A stretch of DNA of 55,478 bases from Thermoplasmata archaeon (lineage in GTDB: Archaea > Thermoplasmatota > Thermoplasmata > Thermoplasmatales > GCA-001856825): positions 1 to 55,478 of the forward strand of contig JAJYMI010000007.1 of assembly GCA_021787125.1 (NCBI GenBank), read 5' to 3'. The notes below the pieces were generated by a model. That model did no database searches. It saw only the letters and a program-made list of their open reading frames with translations, and was not told the DNA's origin. Of the stretch, positions 18,655 through 27,823 are shown in pieces. The translations under genes were made by a program, and so were the position numbers. The number at the start of each line of letters is the position of its first letter. Position 1 is the stretch's first letter.

Positions 18655-19692
18655 TTAGTCCTTGTTCGAGACCTTCGAGTTCTCCGCTGTCGCAGCTCTA
18701 TCGGCCAAATAGTATCTGTTCCTGAATTTGAATATGTAGATCGTAGTGCTTCCGACCAGTCCCTTCTCCATGCTCCTTCTTTCCTCATAATACTTCGATG
18801 GATCCACTGAGTATCTCAGGACAACTTTACCAGCCTTTTCCAGGATCAACTTCTTCCTTGCTTCTTCCAGACTGATCGCAGAATCTATCACAGAATAGGA
18901 CCTGACAATGAACGGATCTAGAATGAGCTTCTCACCCGTGAGCAGCGTCTTCTGCCTGTCCTGATGCAACAGACTCAAGTCCTTCTTCTCTTGCAGGAAT
19001 TCAGGAAGCAGCCCTGAATAATACAGAGAACCGTCCAGATCATATAACCACTTTTTTGGACGCTCTGTGTATTCAACTTTCCTTGACAAGTCCTTGTTGT
19101 AAACAATTCTGTTTCCACTCGGAAGATTAAGTGCACTCTTCTTGAACCTTTTGAGCCCGCCGAGATACGTGCTGAGCTGTTTCAGCTCACCCTGAAGCGA
19201 TATATACTCAAGCTCCCAGTCGTCAGGCACAAGACTGGGCGACATGAATGCGGGGATATCGAAGGATATGTTTTCTGACGCGTACAGTTTTACCACCTCC
19301 AGCGGGTTAGGAGACAGATCCGAGAACGACCAACCATCGCCGGTCTTCTTTCTGGACGGATCAGAATGAGTTGTGTCAACGTCTCTCAACATCTTGACGA
19401 CGTTTTCATCAGTGGCATTACCTTCAATGAACTCTACGTTTGTTATTCCCATGGTCTCTGCATTCTTCCTGCAGTCTTCCATCCTTTTGTGATCGTTTTC
19501 TACTGCCACCACTCGTCTTGAAGCTAAAGCGAAATAGAGTGCCTGCACTCCTATCCCCGATCCTAGGTCGGCAATGCTGTCTGTCTTCAACCTCTTCGCT
19601 CTGTACTCTGCTATCTGTGGAGGGGTACTCATCCTGAAACCCTCGTCGTCGAAAACGAACTTGTCGATAAGCTGCTTCTTGACTTCGGTCAT
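18655..19692 (-). CDS. Class I SAM-dependent methyltransferase with C-terminal extension
   Basis: Motif I DLGSGIGVQALYFA, followed by VAVENDH and an approximately 200-aa C-terminal domain. Confidence 0.75.
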   Translation of the reverse strand: MTEVKKQLIDKFVFDDEGFRMSTPPQIAEYRAKRLKTDSIADLGSGIGVQALYFALASRRVVAVENDHKRMEDCRKNAETMGITNVEFIEGNATDENVVKMLRDVDTTHSDPSRKKTGDGWSFSDLSPNPLEVVKLYASENISFDIPAFMSPSLVPDDWELEYISLQGELKQLSTYLGGLKRFKKSALNLPSGNRIVYNKDLSRKVEYTERPKKWLYDLDGSLYYSGLLPEFLQEKKDLSLLHQDRQKTLLTGEKLILDPFIVRSYSVIDSAISLEEARKKLILEKAGKVVLRYSVDPSKYYEERRSMEKGLVGSTTIYIFKFRNRYYLADRAATAENSKVSNKD

Positions 19693-19721
19693 TCTCTTCC
19701 TGGGTTCAAAACACCTGAGGG

Positions 19722-20291
19722 CTACTGTTTCAGTTTCCCCGTCACCTTTGCGAAGCCTTCAGATACCATTTCCTGCATATCCCCCACTCCATATACGCTG
19801 AGAAAACACTTCATTGCCTCCGCCGTGACCTTTGCTGCGCCTATACTATAACCGGTCCCAATCAGGAGGAATTCCACATCATCCCCTTCATTCTTTAGCT
19901 CCATCTTGCCCAGTGGTGTGAAATTGGAGAACTCCTTTATCTCCTCTGGCAGTTTTCTTACGTCTGGTTCTATTGTCTTAATAAATTCGGCTGCCACTCT
20001 TGCGCTCTCGCACCACATCTCCATCACCTTGTCCTTAGATTTCTCTAGGGCGAGGTTCAGTGTTGGATCGAGTAATATATTTGGAATAGGAACAGCATTA
20101 ATGGCCTTGACAACCTCGAAGTAGTTGAGCAACCTCATCAACCTGCTCCTTGACAGCCCCATCTCCTTCAGGTGAAGATACAGATCCACAGATTCTGTGA
20201 TTATAGAACTTATGGTCTTCCCGTCTGCATCCGCCGAGTCCTGAATCTTCTTCGCCATCTCGTTTGTTAGCGAAACGTTGAGTCTTGCCAT
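19722..20291 (-). CDS. Ribbon-helix-helix (CopG-like) domain protein
   Basis: N-terminal MARLNVSLTNEMAKKIQDSADADGKTISSIITESV fits the RHH pattern. The C-terminal 140 aa are uncharacterised. Confidence 0.6.
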   Translation of the reverse strand: MARLNVSLTNEMAKKIQDSADADGKTISSIITESVDLYLHLKEMGLSRSRLMRLLNYFEVVKAINAVPIPNILLDPTLNLALEKSKDKVMEMWCESARVAAEFIKTIEPDVRKLPEEIKEFSNFTPLGKMELKNEGDDVEFLLIGTGYSIGAAKVTAEAMKCFLSVYGVGDMQEMVSEGFAKVTGKLKQ

Positions 20292-20403
20292 CTTGCTGTG
20301 TCAATACTGGTGAGTATAAATGTGTTCACCTGAGTAAAGTTGTGCTCTGGAGTGTGTGATGAGTGAAATACCCTGCGGAAATTTTGGATTGGTGACCTAA
20401 AAT

Positions 20404-21000
20404 ATGGCATGGCTATTTACAGACCCACTGGCAGCAAACCTATTCGTAGTCGGAATAATGTTTGCCTCTTTTGGATCTTACGCAATCTATAGGTTCCTCT
20501 TTAACAGGAACAAACCCGAAATAAACATGGGCTTCGCCTACCTTCTGATAGCGACAGGAGTATACTCACTCTTCTACGGAATACTCTATAGTATCGTAGT
20601 GCCGACACCCTTCACTGTAGCAGACGGAGAACTCTTCGGAGACCCAATGATAATCCTTGGTGTTGCATCTATATTGATCGGAGTCTTGATGAACAAGAAA
20701 GTCTCCCTCGCATTCGCTGGAATATTCACATTCTTTGGGGGAGTGCTCGGAGTCGTTTACGCAATAGAGGGATACAAGCTTGGAATGTCCTCACCTCTAT
20801 ACTTACTTCTCCTATACCTTGGAGCTGGAATCGGAGGAATGCTAACCGCACCACTGGTTGTCCTACCAAACAAGAAGGCCGTTCAGATACTAGCTGTACT
20901 CGTCGCGATTGCTTTCCTTGGTGTTGCAATTCTCTCGTTCTTCATAGGAACGACTGCGATAGGCGGGCATCTAGTAGACTTCGCAAAGACGAGGGCCTAA
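20404..21000 (+). CDS. Integral membrane protein (about 6 TM)
   Basis: 198-aa strongly hydrophobic ORF. Confidence 0.7.
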   Translation: MAWLFTDPLAANLFVVGIMFASFGSYAIYRFLFNRNKPEINMGFAYLLIATGVYSLFYGILYSIVVPTPFTVADGELFGDPMIILGVASILIGVLMNKKVSLAFAGIFTFFGGVLGVVYAIEGYKLGMSSPLYLLLLYLGAGIGGMLTAPLVVLPNKKAVQILAVLVAIAFLGVAILSFFIGTTAIGGHLVDFAKTRA

Positions 21001-21018
21001 ACTTTTTATTGTTTTATT

Positions 21019-21201
21019 ATGCAAACGCTGCTGGTCTCCTGTCCAAAATGCGAGTCCAAAGACTTCACAGTCATGGAGCCAGCAGCCATCACTTATAAAT
21101 GCTTCATTAAGGTTCCCTTCGTCTGCAACAAGTGCGGTTACAGGGGAAATATCAAAGTCATAAAGGACGAGAAAAAAGAAATAGAGATTCTCGTTGAATA
21201 A
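21019..21201 (+). CDS. Small zinc-ribbon protein
   Basis: 60 aa with CPKC...CNKC. It starts 18 nt after the preceding membrane-protein gene. Confidence 0.55.
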   Translation: MQTLLVSCPKCESKDFTVMEPAAITYKCFIKVPFVCNKCGYRGNIKVIKDEKKEIEILVE

Positions 21202-21292
21202 GCGAATCACACATTCAATGAACTACAGACGTTCTTGATAAATACAACTATTTAATCGAAAGATTTATTTTTAGATAGATTTAATCATAGAT

Positions 21293-22690
21293 GTGTTGCT
21301 TAAGAAAGTGAAAGTAATTCTTATTCTGATAGCATTATCACTTTCTTCAGTGACCGTAGCGGGGACTCTTGTCAAAGATATTTCTATATCCGGGGCTGTA
21401 CAACAAAACACTCTCCCCCTTGATCCTCTGAATGGGAGTTTCGAATTCCTTTCAGGATTTACTCAGAGTATTAACTATACAGATTACGGTTGGTCTCTGT
21501 TGAGGGGGGAGCCTACTCCCTTGATTTCCAGTTTCCCAAATTATTTTGGAGAGCCTTCAATTGCACTGGCGAATGGAACCACGCTATTTTCAGATAAGAG
21601 CGTTGTCAAGGGAGACAAAGCCGTATCATTCCAATTTGTAATAAACGCAAATGATGGAAATGGGTCATTCGCTATCTCGAACAGCACTGGGGCTAGTATT
21701 GCAGCGGTGTCTGTAGACGGCACAAACGTATCCATCAGCTCTTGCAATGGAAGTTCTTCATTTTCCGGTGAGATATCTCCAACTTCAGACATCAGCAACG
21801 GCTGGGTGCTCGTATCCGGGAATCTGTTCAATTATACGGAAGGAAATACTAGCGGCTGGAGACTTCTGTTATTTCTAGACAATACGTCATCGGTCTTTGC
21901 GAACATCAGTGCTCCGCTGGGATATTCCTACGGAGGCGTAGAGATATCATCATCTAGTGGTGACGTCTACTTCACGGACATTATTTTCACTAGCTACAGA
22001 ATGGCACTATTCATTCCTGGCTATAACAACATGGAAGGCTATGGCCAGGGTTCTGGCGCTCTTGTCAGTCTGCTACAACCATTCACTATACTTCACTCAA
22101 ACTTCATGCTCTATAACTGGTCCGTTGCGAGATACTCGACCTTGAGCTTCCAGATAAATGTCATGAATTTGACCGGTGCTGAAAGCCCAACCTCTAACGG
22201 CTTCTTCCAGCTTGGGGTCGATCTCGATCCCAATGGTAAGATTGCTCCCTGGTATGTTACTGGAAAGAGTGCTATAGCAATATACTTCAATAATCACCCT
22301 AGCCCTGACTATATGCCTGGATTCGACACCCCAAATGGCACTTTGCTTGGCCTGACAATTCAGTACATTCCTCTGGAGGAGAAGATCATATTTCAGATAG
22401 TGGACTATAGCGTCAATAACCAATTCAGATTCTGGAATACTAGTATCCAGTACAACGGACCGGAATTCTGTGCAGCTTACACGCAGATTGAGACGTCTTC
22501 CATGAATGGAAGTCAGCTAAACAATTACCGCTTCAATGGGACGATGTACAACATTTCCTATGGTTCTGACATGTCTAGCATGACCCTGCTGAACAGCAGC
22601 TATATGCTGCCATTTTCAATTGACGCTCCCCTCAACTGGAGCCTAACGTACTACAGCGACGTCACAGCGGGATACAGGCAAATGGACTGA
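21293..22690 (+). CDS. Secreted/membrane-anchored sequon-rich surface protein
   Basis: 465 aa with an N-terminal signal/anchor (ILILIALSLSSVTVAG) and very many NxS/T sequons. Confidence 0.7.
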   Translation: MLLKKVKVILILIALSLSSVTVAGTLVKDISISGAVQQNTLPLDPLNGSFEFLSGFTQSINYTDYGWSLLRGEPTPLISSFPNYFGEPSIALANGTTLFSDKSVVKGDKAVSFQFVINANDGNGSFAISNSTGASIAAVSVDGTNVSISSCNGSSSFSGEISPTSDISNGWVLVSGNLFNYTEGNTSGWRLLLFLDNTSSVFANISAPLGYSYGGVEISSSSGDVYFTDIIFTSYRMALFIPGYNNMEGYGQGSGALVSLLQPFTILHSNFMLYNWSVARYSTLSFQINVMNLTGAESPTSNGFFQLGVDLDPNGKIAPWYVTGKSAIAIYFNNHPSPDYMPGFDTPNGTLLGLTIQYIPLEEKIIFQIVDYSVNNQFRFWNTSIQYNGPEFCAAYTQIETSSMNGSQLNNYRFNGTMYNISYGSDMSSMTLLNSSYMLPFSIDAPLNWSLTYYSDVTAGYRQMD

Positions 22691-22720
22691 AGGAGTAAGG
22701 TAAATTGTCCAAGTATCAAG

Positions 22721-23362
22721 TCAACTCGAGAGGCTCGTCTGATTAGAGCGGTTCAGTTCGTCTTTAAGGGTACCAATTATTTCATTTAGGTTCACAACTT
22801 CATATCTCACTCTCTTTTCAGCTATCGCGTCCCTGACTCTCCTTTCCCTCTTTATGAGACCGGAGCTCTCTCCACTCTTGATCTCCAGGAAGATAACTTC
22901 CATGTCCTCACTTTCGTCGCTTAGCCCTCTGAAGGCTATAAAATCGACAGGTGTCCCAAGGTGTCTGAAGTCCTTTAGGTTGACACCATATCTCTGAGAA
23001 AGAAGGACTGGTGAGAACTCTTCACCTATCTTCCCGAGGAGAGTGTTAATGGATTTCTGGATCGCATCCTTTCTAATAGTCTCCTCTTCCTTTTTCTTCC
23101 AAGAAGCTAACTGTACCTCATAGTCCCTTTTTACCGTATCAGTGATCTGATTCCTGATTATGTCCACACTTGACTGGGCCCATTGATCGAACAGCTTCCT
23201 TCCCAACTCTTGAGCCTGTCTCTCTCCCTTAGTCCTTTCCTGCTCTATTAAGATCTTCAACCTCGCAAATCTTCTTTCTGCTATGAAGATTATAATCACT
23301 ATTGTGAGCACAAAAATGAGAACGATAGAGGCGATCAGTGGGATTGAGATTGTCATAGTCAC
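22721..23362 (-). CDS. Membrane-anchored PD-(D/E)xK nuclease related to Holliday junction resolvase Hjc (COG4741-like)
   Basis: N-terminal TM helix, charged coiled-coil linker, then GEEF...VDFIAF...LEIKSG...RERRV, which fits the E-D-ExK Hjc-like pattern. Confidence 0.6.
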   Translation of the reverse strand: MTMTISIPLIASIVLIFVLTIVIIIFIAERRFARLKILIEQERTKGERQAQELGRKLFDQWAQSSVDIIRNQITDTVKRDYEVQLASWKKKEEETIRKDAIQKSINTLLGKIGEEFSPVLLSQRYGVNLKDFRHLGTPVDFIAFRGLSDESEDMEVIFLEIKSGESSGLIKRERRVRDAIAEKRVRYEVVNLNEIIGTLKDELNRSNQTSLSS

Positions 23363-23413
23363 AGATACTACTCGGATCTAAAAATCTTTAACCTTTCCCT
23401 ACCTATTTGGAGC

Positions 23414-23980
23414 ATGGCCGAGTTGAGTCGGTTCGAGAAGTTCTTCGTCAACAGGAGAGGTGAGTCTTCTTTCATGAAGCTCACCGGTGATCTTGAATCC
23501 TCAGGAGTCCTGAGAATCGATGATAAGTCCAGAGTGCTTGAGTTGGGAGGAGGAAATGGGGCCTTTTCTTCTCTAATTTACAACAAGTTTCGCCCCGCGT
23601 CTTTCACCCTGACTGATTACGATCCTGATCAGATCTCACTGGCCAAGGAAACTCTGGAGAAAAAATTCGGGACTTTGCCAAGCACATTTATTCTTCAACA
23701 GGCAGATGCAAGACACCTCGTCTTTGAGAACAACAGCTTCGACATGGTTTTAGCCCACTTGATCCTGCATCACCTAGGAGGATTGGAAGACATATTCGAG
23801 GGACTGAAAGAGGTATCTAGAGTTCTAGTTCCAGGAGGAGCATTCATCTACGCCGAATTTGCTCACAAGAAGGAGATAAGGGCAAAGCTTACTGAAATGG
23901 GTTTCGTTATATCCTTCAGAAAAGGATTTCATAGGGAGACGGTCGTTGCGATAAAGCAGAACACCACAGGACAAAGCTAA
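23414..23980 (+). CDS. Class I SAM-dependent methyltransferase (small-molecule type)
   Basis: Motif I VLELGGGNGAF, DMVLAHLILHHL and LVPGGAF are typical of the Methyltransf_11/25 type. Confidence 0.8.
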   Translation: MAELSRFEKFFVNRRGESSFMKLTGDLESSGVLRIDDKSRVLELGGGNGAFSSLIYNKFRPASFTLTDYDPDQISLAKETLEKKFGTLPSTFILQQADARHLVFENNSFDMVLAHLILHHLGGLEDIFEGLKEVSRVLVPGGAFIYAEFAHKKEIRAKLTEMGFVISFRKGFHRETVVAIKQNTTGQS

Positions 23981-24032
23981 CGCAGTTGACACGGCCTTCA
24001 ATTTTACCCAGAAGGTGCCTTTCGGCAACATT

Positions 24033-24437
24033 CTATGATGGGGCGTACGTCATTACGGGAGATATATCCATGTATATCCTATAGTCTTCGACTGAGCTCC
24101 CTCTGTATTTTAGAACACTCACCACGGGAAGAGAGATCACCTTTCCGTCCTTCATTGTGTAATTTGCTATTGCCTCCACTGCATATCCTACCCCCTTCAC
24201 ATATATTCCTTTTAAATCGTGCCTGAGTCCATTTATCTTAGAGAAGAGATAGTTCAGTCCGGAGATCACAGCCTCCCGTCCAGTCCATAGATCGTTGTTG
24301 GAGAACCTGAACTTAACGTCTGTCGTCAAGAGTTCAGAAAAAGCGACGGCATCCATCTTGTCTGCAACCTTGAAAACATCTTCTACGTTCTTGGTCATGT
24401 TTCCCAAATCAAATACGAGATTAAATTGGTTGCTCAC
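24033..24437 (-). CDS. SnoaL/NTF2-like fold protein
   Basis: 134-aa ORF. The size and pattern (FSELLTTDVKFRF...WTGREAV) suggest an NTF2-like fold. The function call is weak. Confidence 0.5.
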   Translation of the reverse strand: MSNQFNLVFDLGNMTKNVEDVFKVADKMDAVAFSELLTTDVKFRFSNNDLWTGREAVISGLNYLFSKINGLRHDLKGIYVKGVGYAVEAIANYTMKDGKVISLPVVSVLKYRGSSVEDYRIYMDISPVMTYAPS

Positions 24438-24495
24438 TCTACAGAAAATCCTACGGTGAGCTATTCATTCCTCAAGAATTCCTCAGAGCAAGGTT

Positions 24496-24858
24496 TCACT
24501 TTGATGCAATGACATCGATCTCAACGAGTGTATCACCACTCGGGAATCCAGTCACTACTGTAGTTCTGGCTGGTGGATTTACAACAAAATACTTTGAATA
24601 GAGTTCGTTCATTCTTTTGAAATCCTCCTTCTTTGAGAGATAGACGGACGTCTTCACAACGTTTTCCAGAGCAAATCCTCCGGACTCCAGAATCCTCCTG
24701 ATCTTTGACATTGCATTCTCAAATTGCTCGTCCAGATCTGTAGTCTTGTTGGAAACAGTTCCAACCTGTCCGGAAAGATATATTAGGTTTCCCGTAACCA
24801 CTGCGTGTGAATATGGTCCGGCCTTGGGGATGTCCGGAACCGTTATTGTCTTGACCAT
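24496..24858 (-). CDS. ridA: RidA/YjgF family reactive-intermediate deaminase
   Basis: 120 aa with PYSHAV..GNLIYLSGQ and PARTTV motifs. Confidence 0.9.
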   Translation of the reverse strand: MVKTITVPDIPKAGPYSHAVVTGNLIYLSGQVGTVSNKTTDLDEQFENAMSKIRRILESGGFALENVVKTSVYLSKKEDFKRMNELYSKYFVVNPPARTTVVTGFPSGDTLVEIDVIASK

Positions 24859-25091
24859 GAATTGAAATGAAGACCGGGAATTTAAAGCGTTGGCAAATCG
24901 TCCTCTTGTTCCTTACCCGAGCTCTTCAAAGAGAGAGACGGGGGGAAGCCATCTTTCTGACAGGATCAGAGGAATAAGACCTACCGAAGCTGCAAGTCGA
25001 GAATTACCACATAAGTGAGGAATGATCCATTTTTAAGAGAACAAGTCTTTTACAAGGTGTTCAAATTGCCCGAATCTTTGATTGCACCGCA

Positions 25092-25164
25092 TGGGGCTGC
25101 CCGGATTTGGACCGGGGTCACAGACTCCCAAAGCCCGTAGGATACCAAGCTACCCCACAGCCCC
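25092..25164 (-). tRNA. tRNA-Pro (UGG)
   Basis: Reverse strand GGGGCTG-TG-GGGT-AGCTTGGTA-TCCT-A-CGGGC-TTTGGGA-GTCTG-TGAC-CCCGG-TCCAAAT-CCGGG-CAGCCCC-A. This is a full cloverleaf. The T loop has C at position 55. Confidence 0.85.
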
Positions 25165-25202
25165 TTCCGACCTCATTTTCATTCGGCATAAATCCCTTTT
25201 CC

Positions 25203-25772
25203 CTACAATTCTCGATCCAGTTCGCGGTTCAAGATTCTGGAGATGGAGCGTACAATCTCTTTCGGTTCCTTATCTGCATCTACCTCTATGCCGGTTCTAA
25301 ACTCTGTGGACTTCTTATACACCCTCCTGGTCTTCTCTTCGCCCAACACTGCGTGCCTGGAGGAATCTCTTCTTATGCACTCTTCAAGCGGTACCGTGAG
25401 AGTAAGGACTATGCCTCTGAATTTGTTCAGGCGATTCATTAGGTCAACGATCACGTCTTTGAAGTAGAAATTGCCATCATAGATGACCAACTTACCAGAG
25501 TCCAGATGTTTGATTGCTTCCTTCGCAACAATCTCATTCACCCTCAGGAAACTCCTCTTTGCAATATAGCCGTCCTCCCATTCCTCCAGCCCGAACCTGT
25601 CGAGAACTTCGTCAACTGATATGTAAACCGCATCGTATAATCTTGAAAGTTCCTTTGAGATCGTTGTCTTCCCGGAACCCAACGGTCCTCTTATGACCAC
25701 AAAGAATGCTTGCAACTCCCCATCAGCCTCTTCATTTGGCCGCCGTTCAGGAGCCATATTCCGTTCAGCCAT
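25203..25772 (-). CDS. P-loop kinase-like ATP-binding protein (AAA_33/zeta-like)
   Basis: Walker A GPLGSGKTT, with small nucleotide-kinase size and layout. Confidence 0.65.
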   Translation of the reverse strand: MAERNMAPERRPNEEADGELQAFFVVIRGPLGSGKTTISKELSRLYDAVYISVDEVLDRFGLEEWEDGYIAKRSFLRVNEIVAKEAIKHLDSGKLVIYDGNFYFKDVIVDLMNRLNKFRGIVLTLTVPLEECIRRDSSRHAVLGEEKTRRVYKKSTEFRTGIEVDADKEPKEIVRSISRILNRELDREL

Positions 25773-25805
25773 TAAAATTATCTACTAATTTTCTCTTCTA
25801 CGATC

Positions 25806-26240
25806 ATGAACTGTGAGCTGTGTGGAAAGGTGATGGACCGTTACCACGAAGTTATCATTGATGGAGTTAACATGAAGGTCTGTCACGACTGCGCCAAGTA
25901 CGGAAAGGAAATTAATAGGAAACCCGCTGCAGTGCAGAGAGAACCCGCCCCACAGAGTGTCCAGAGAAACAACTTCATCCACGTACCACCACCCCCTCTG
26001 GTCAGGAAGAAAAGTTCGATTGGTGCAGAAGACTCGGACGAACCAATCCTAGATTTCGGAAAAGCGATCAAGAAGAGAAGAGAGGAGATGGGACTCTCTC
26101 AAGAAGAGCTTGCAAACAAGCTCCAGGAGAAGAAAAACCTGATCGCAAAAATAGAGAGGGAAGAAATGAAACCAGACAAACAGACGGCGAGAAAGATAGA
26201 AAAATTGATGGGCGTGAGAATTCTGGAAAAAGTGCAGTGA
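25806..26240 (+). CDS. mbf1: Archaeal multiprotein bridging factor 1 (aMBF1)
   Basis: N-terminal zinc ribbon CELCG...CHDC plus a C-terminal XRE-type HTH (RREEMGLSQEELANKL). Confidence 0.85.
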   Translation: MNCELCGKVMDRYHEVIIDGVNMKVCHDCAKYGKEINRKPAAVQREPAPQSVQRNNFIHVPPPPLVRKKSSIGAEDSDEPILDFGKAIKKRREEMGLSQEELANKLQEKKNLIAKIEREEMKPDKQTARKIEKLMGVRILEKVQ

Positions 26241-26258
26241 ACTGAATACCGTCCGCAG

Positions 26259-27731
26259 CTAATTCTTCCCTAGAGTCTCTTCCGGTGGAAGTGTCTTCAT
26301 TGGAGGAAACAGAATGACCTCTTTTATTGATGTTTGATTGGTGAATATCATAGCAGGCCTATCGATGGATATCCCAATTCCGGCCGTAGGAGGCATGCCG
26401 TACTCTATTGCATCGATGAAATCTTCGTCGAAAGGCGGCGCATCTTCGTCACCCTTCTTTCTCTCTGCCTCTTGATTCTCAAACATCTTTCTCTGATACA
26501 CCGGGTCCGTCAGTTCCGAATACGAATTGGCAACTTCCATCCTTCCGACGTAGAGTTCGAACCTCTCTGCTAGCTTCGGGTTCCCCCTCTTGATCTTTGT
26601 GAGCGGGCACATGAATGTTGGAAAGTCCATCACAAAGGTGGGCTGAAAAGTCTTGCTCTTCAGGTATTTATCATACAACGAATCGGCAACGTGGTAACGA
26701 TCCGGGTGCTTCAGTCCAAGTTTCTCAGAGTCGTTTATGGAGACCGCATCATCATCCGAAATAGAAGAAACGTCAAAGCCTGTTATCTTCTTCAACTCTT
26801 CCACCCAGTACATTCTTGCGAATGGTGGAGTGAAGTCTATGGTCTCACCCTGATATTCTACCTTCAGGCTGCCGAATGTCTTGAGTGCAAATGAGCTCAG
26901 CATCTCTTCCATCATTTTCATGAATGTTTCGTAGTCGCTGAATGCCTCGTAGTATTCTATCTGAGTGAATTCGGGATTGTGAATCGTGTCAGCGTCCTCG
27001 TTCCTGAAATCCTTGGAGACCTCATAGACTCGCTCTGCTCCCCCGACGATCAACCTCTTCAGATATAGCTCGTCGGATATTCTCAGGAACATCTGCTTGT
27101 CATCCAGAGTGTGGTAAGTCGTTTTGAATGGCTTTGCGTTAGCGCCACCGTAAAGGTCCTGAAGTATGGGCGTCTCAACTTCTATCCCTCCCCTAGAATC
27201 CAGAGTGTTCCTGACGTGAGTCATGAATTTCGCCCTGGTCTCGAATGTCTTGAGAACTTCCTGATTCATCATCAGGTCCAGGTGCCTTGATCTGTACCTT
27301 GCCTCTGTGTCGGTCAGTCCTTGCCATTTGTTTGGCAGGGTCCTGAGCGTCTTTGAGAGCATCGTCAACTCCCTCGCTCCTACACTGATCTCTCCTCTCT
27401 TGCTCTTCATGACCACCCCTCTGATCCCTAGGGTGTCTCCTATGGAGGAGTTCGTCAGTACGAGCAGCGATTTCTGGTCGAGCTCATTGTTCCTGATTAG
27501 CCCCTGTATTCTTCCGGTCCTGTCTTGAATATCGATGAAAGTGATTCCACCCATCTGTCTCATCTGCATTGCTCTACCTGCAATGCTGACCTCTCTTCCC
27601 TCCAGTTCCGAAAAACCATCCCTTATCGCCCTTGCGTGGTGGGACACGCTGTAAGTATACGGATATGGTTCTATCCCGGCCCTTCTGAGGACATTTATGC
27701 TCTCCAACTTTGCATCATCAATTGATGTCAA
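26259..27731 (-). CDS. lysS: Lysine--tRNA ligase, class II
   Basis: N-terminal OB anticodon-binding domain and class II core with ERFELYVGRMEVANSYSELTDPVYQR and GMPPTAGIGISIDR motifs. TTG start. Confidence 0.88.
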   Translation of the reverse strand: MTSIDDAKLESINVLRRAGIEPYPYTYSVSHHARAIRDGFSELEGREVSIAGRAMQMRQMGGITFIDIQDRTGRIQGLIRNNELDQKSLLVLTNSSIGDTLGIRGVVMKSKRGEISVGARELTMLSKTLRTLPNKWQGLTDTEARYRSRHLDLMMNQEVLKTFETRAKFMTHVRNTLDSRGGIEVETPILQDLYGGANAKPFKTTYHTLDDKQMFLRISDELYLKRLIVGGAERVYEVSKDFRNEDADTIHNPEFTQIEYYEAFSDYETFMKMMEEMLSSFALKTFGSLKVEYQGETIDFTPPFARMYWVEELKKITGFDVSSISDDDAVSINDSEKLGLKHPDRYHVADSLYDKYLKSKTFQPTFVMDFPTFMCPLTKIKRGNPKLAERFELYVGRMEVANSYSELTDPVYQRKMFENQEAERKKGDEDAPPFDEDFIDAIEYGMPPTAGIGISIDRPAMIFTNQTSIKEVILFPPMKTLPPEETLGKN

Positions 27732-27823
27732 GCTGTGATCTCTCCTTCAAATCAGGTAAGTAGATGTATCTCCGTCTCTGAATCTCTAGACTCGAGCCGC
27801 GACTATCTGATCGTTCCCACACA

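Noticed and set aside
20971-21210. 79-aa minus-strand ORF opposite the zinc-ribbon mini-gene
   Set aside because: The plus-strand reading gives a clean CPKC...CNKC zinc ribbon and fits the local gene direction.
22721-23980. Hjc-like nuclease plus divergent methyltransferase as a restriction-modification pair
   Set aside because: The methyltransferase has small-molecule type motifs (Methyltransf_11/25-like) and lacks DNA MTase motifs (no DPPY/NPPY or PCQ). The nuclease is membrane-anchored. The adjacency is probably coincidental.
25082-25467. Plus-strand ORFs of 72, 111 and 74 aa over tRNA-Pro and the kinase-like gene
   Set aside because: They overlap a tRNA gene and the antisense strand of a P-loop protein gene, and the translations are Pro/Ser/Leu-rich.
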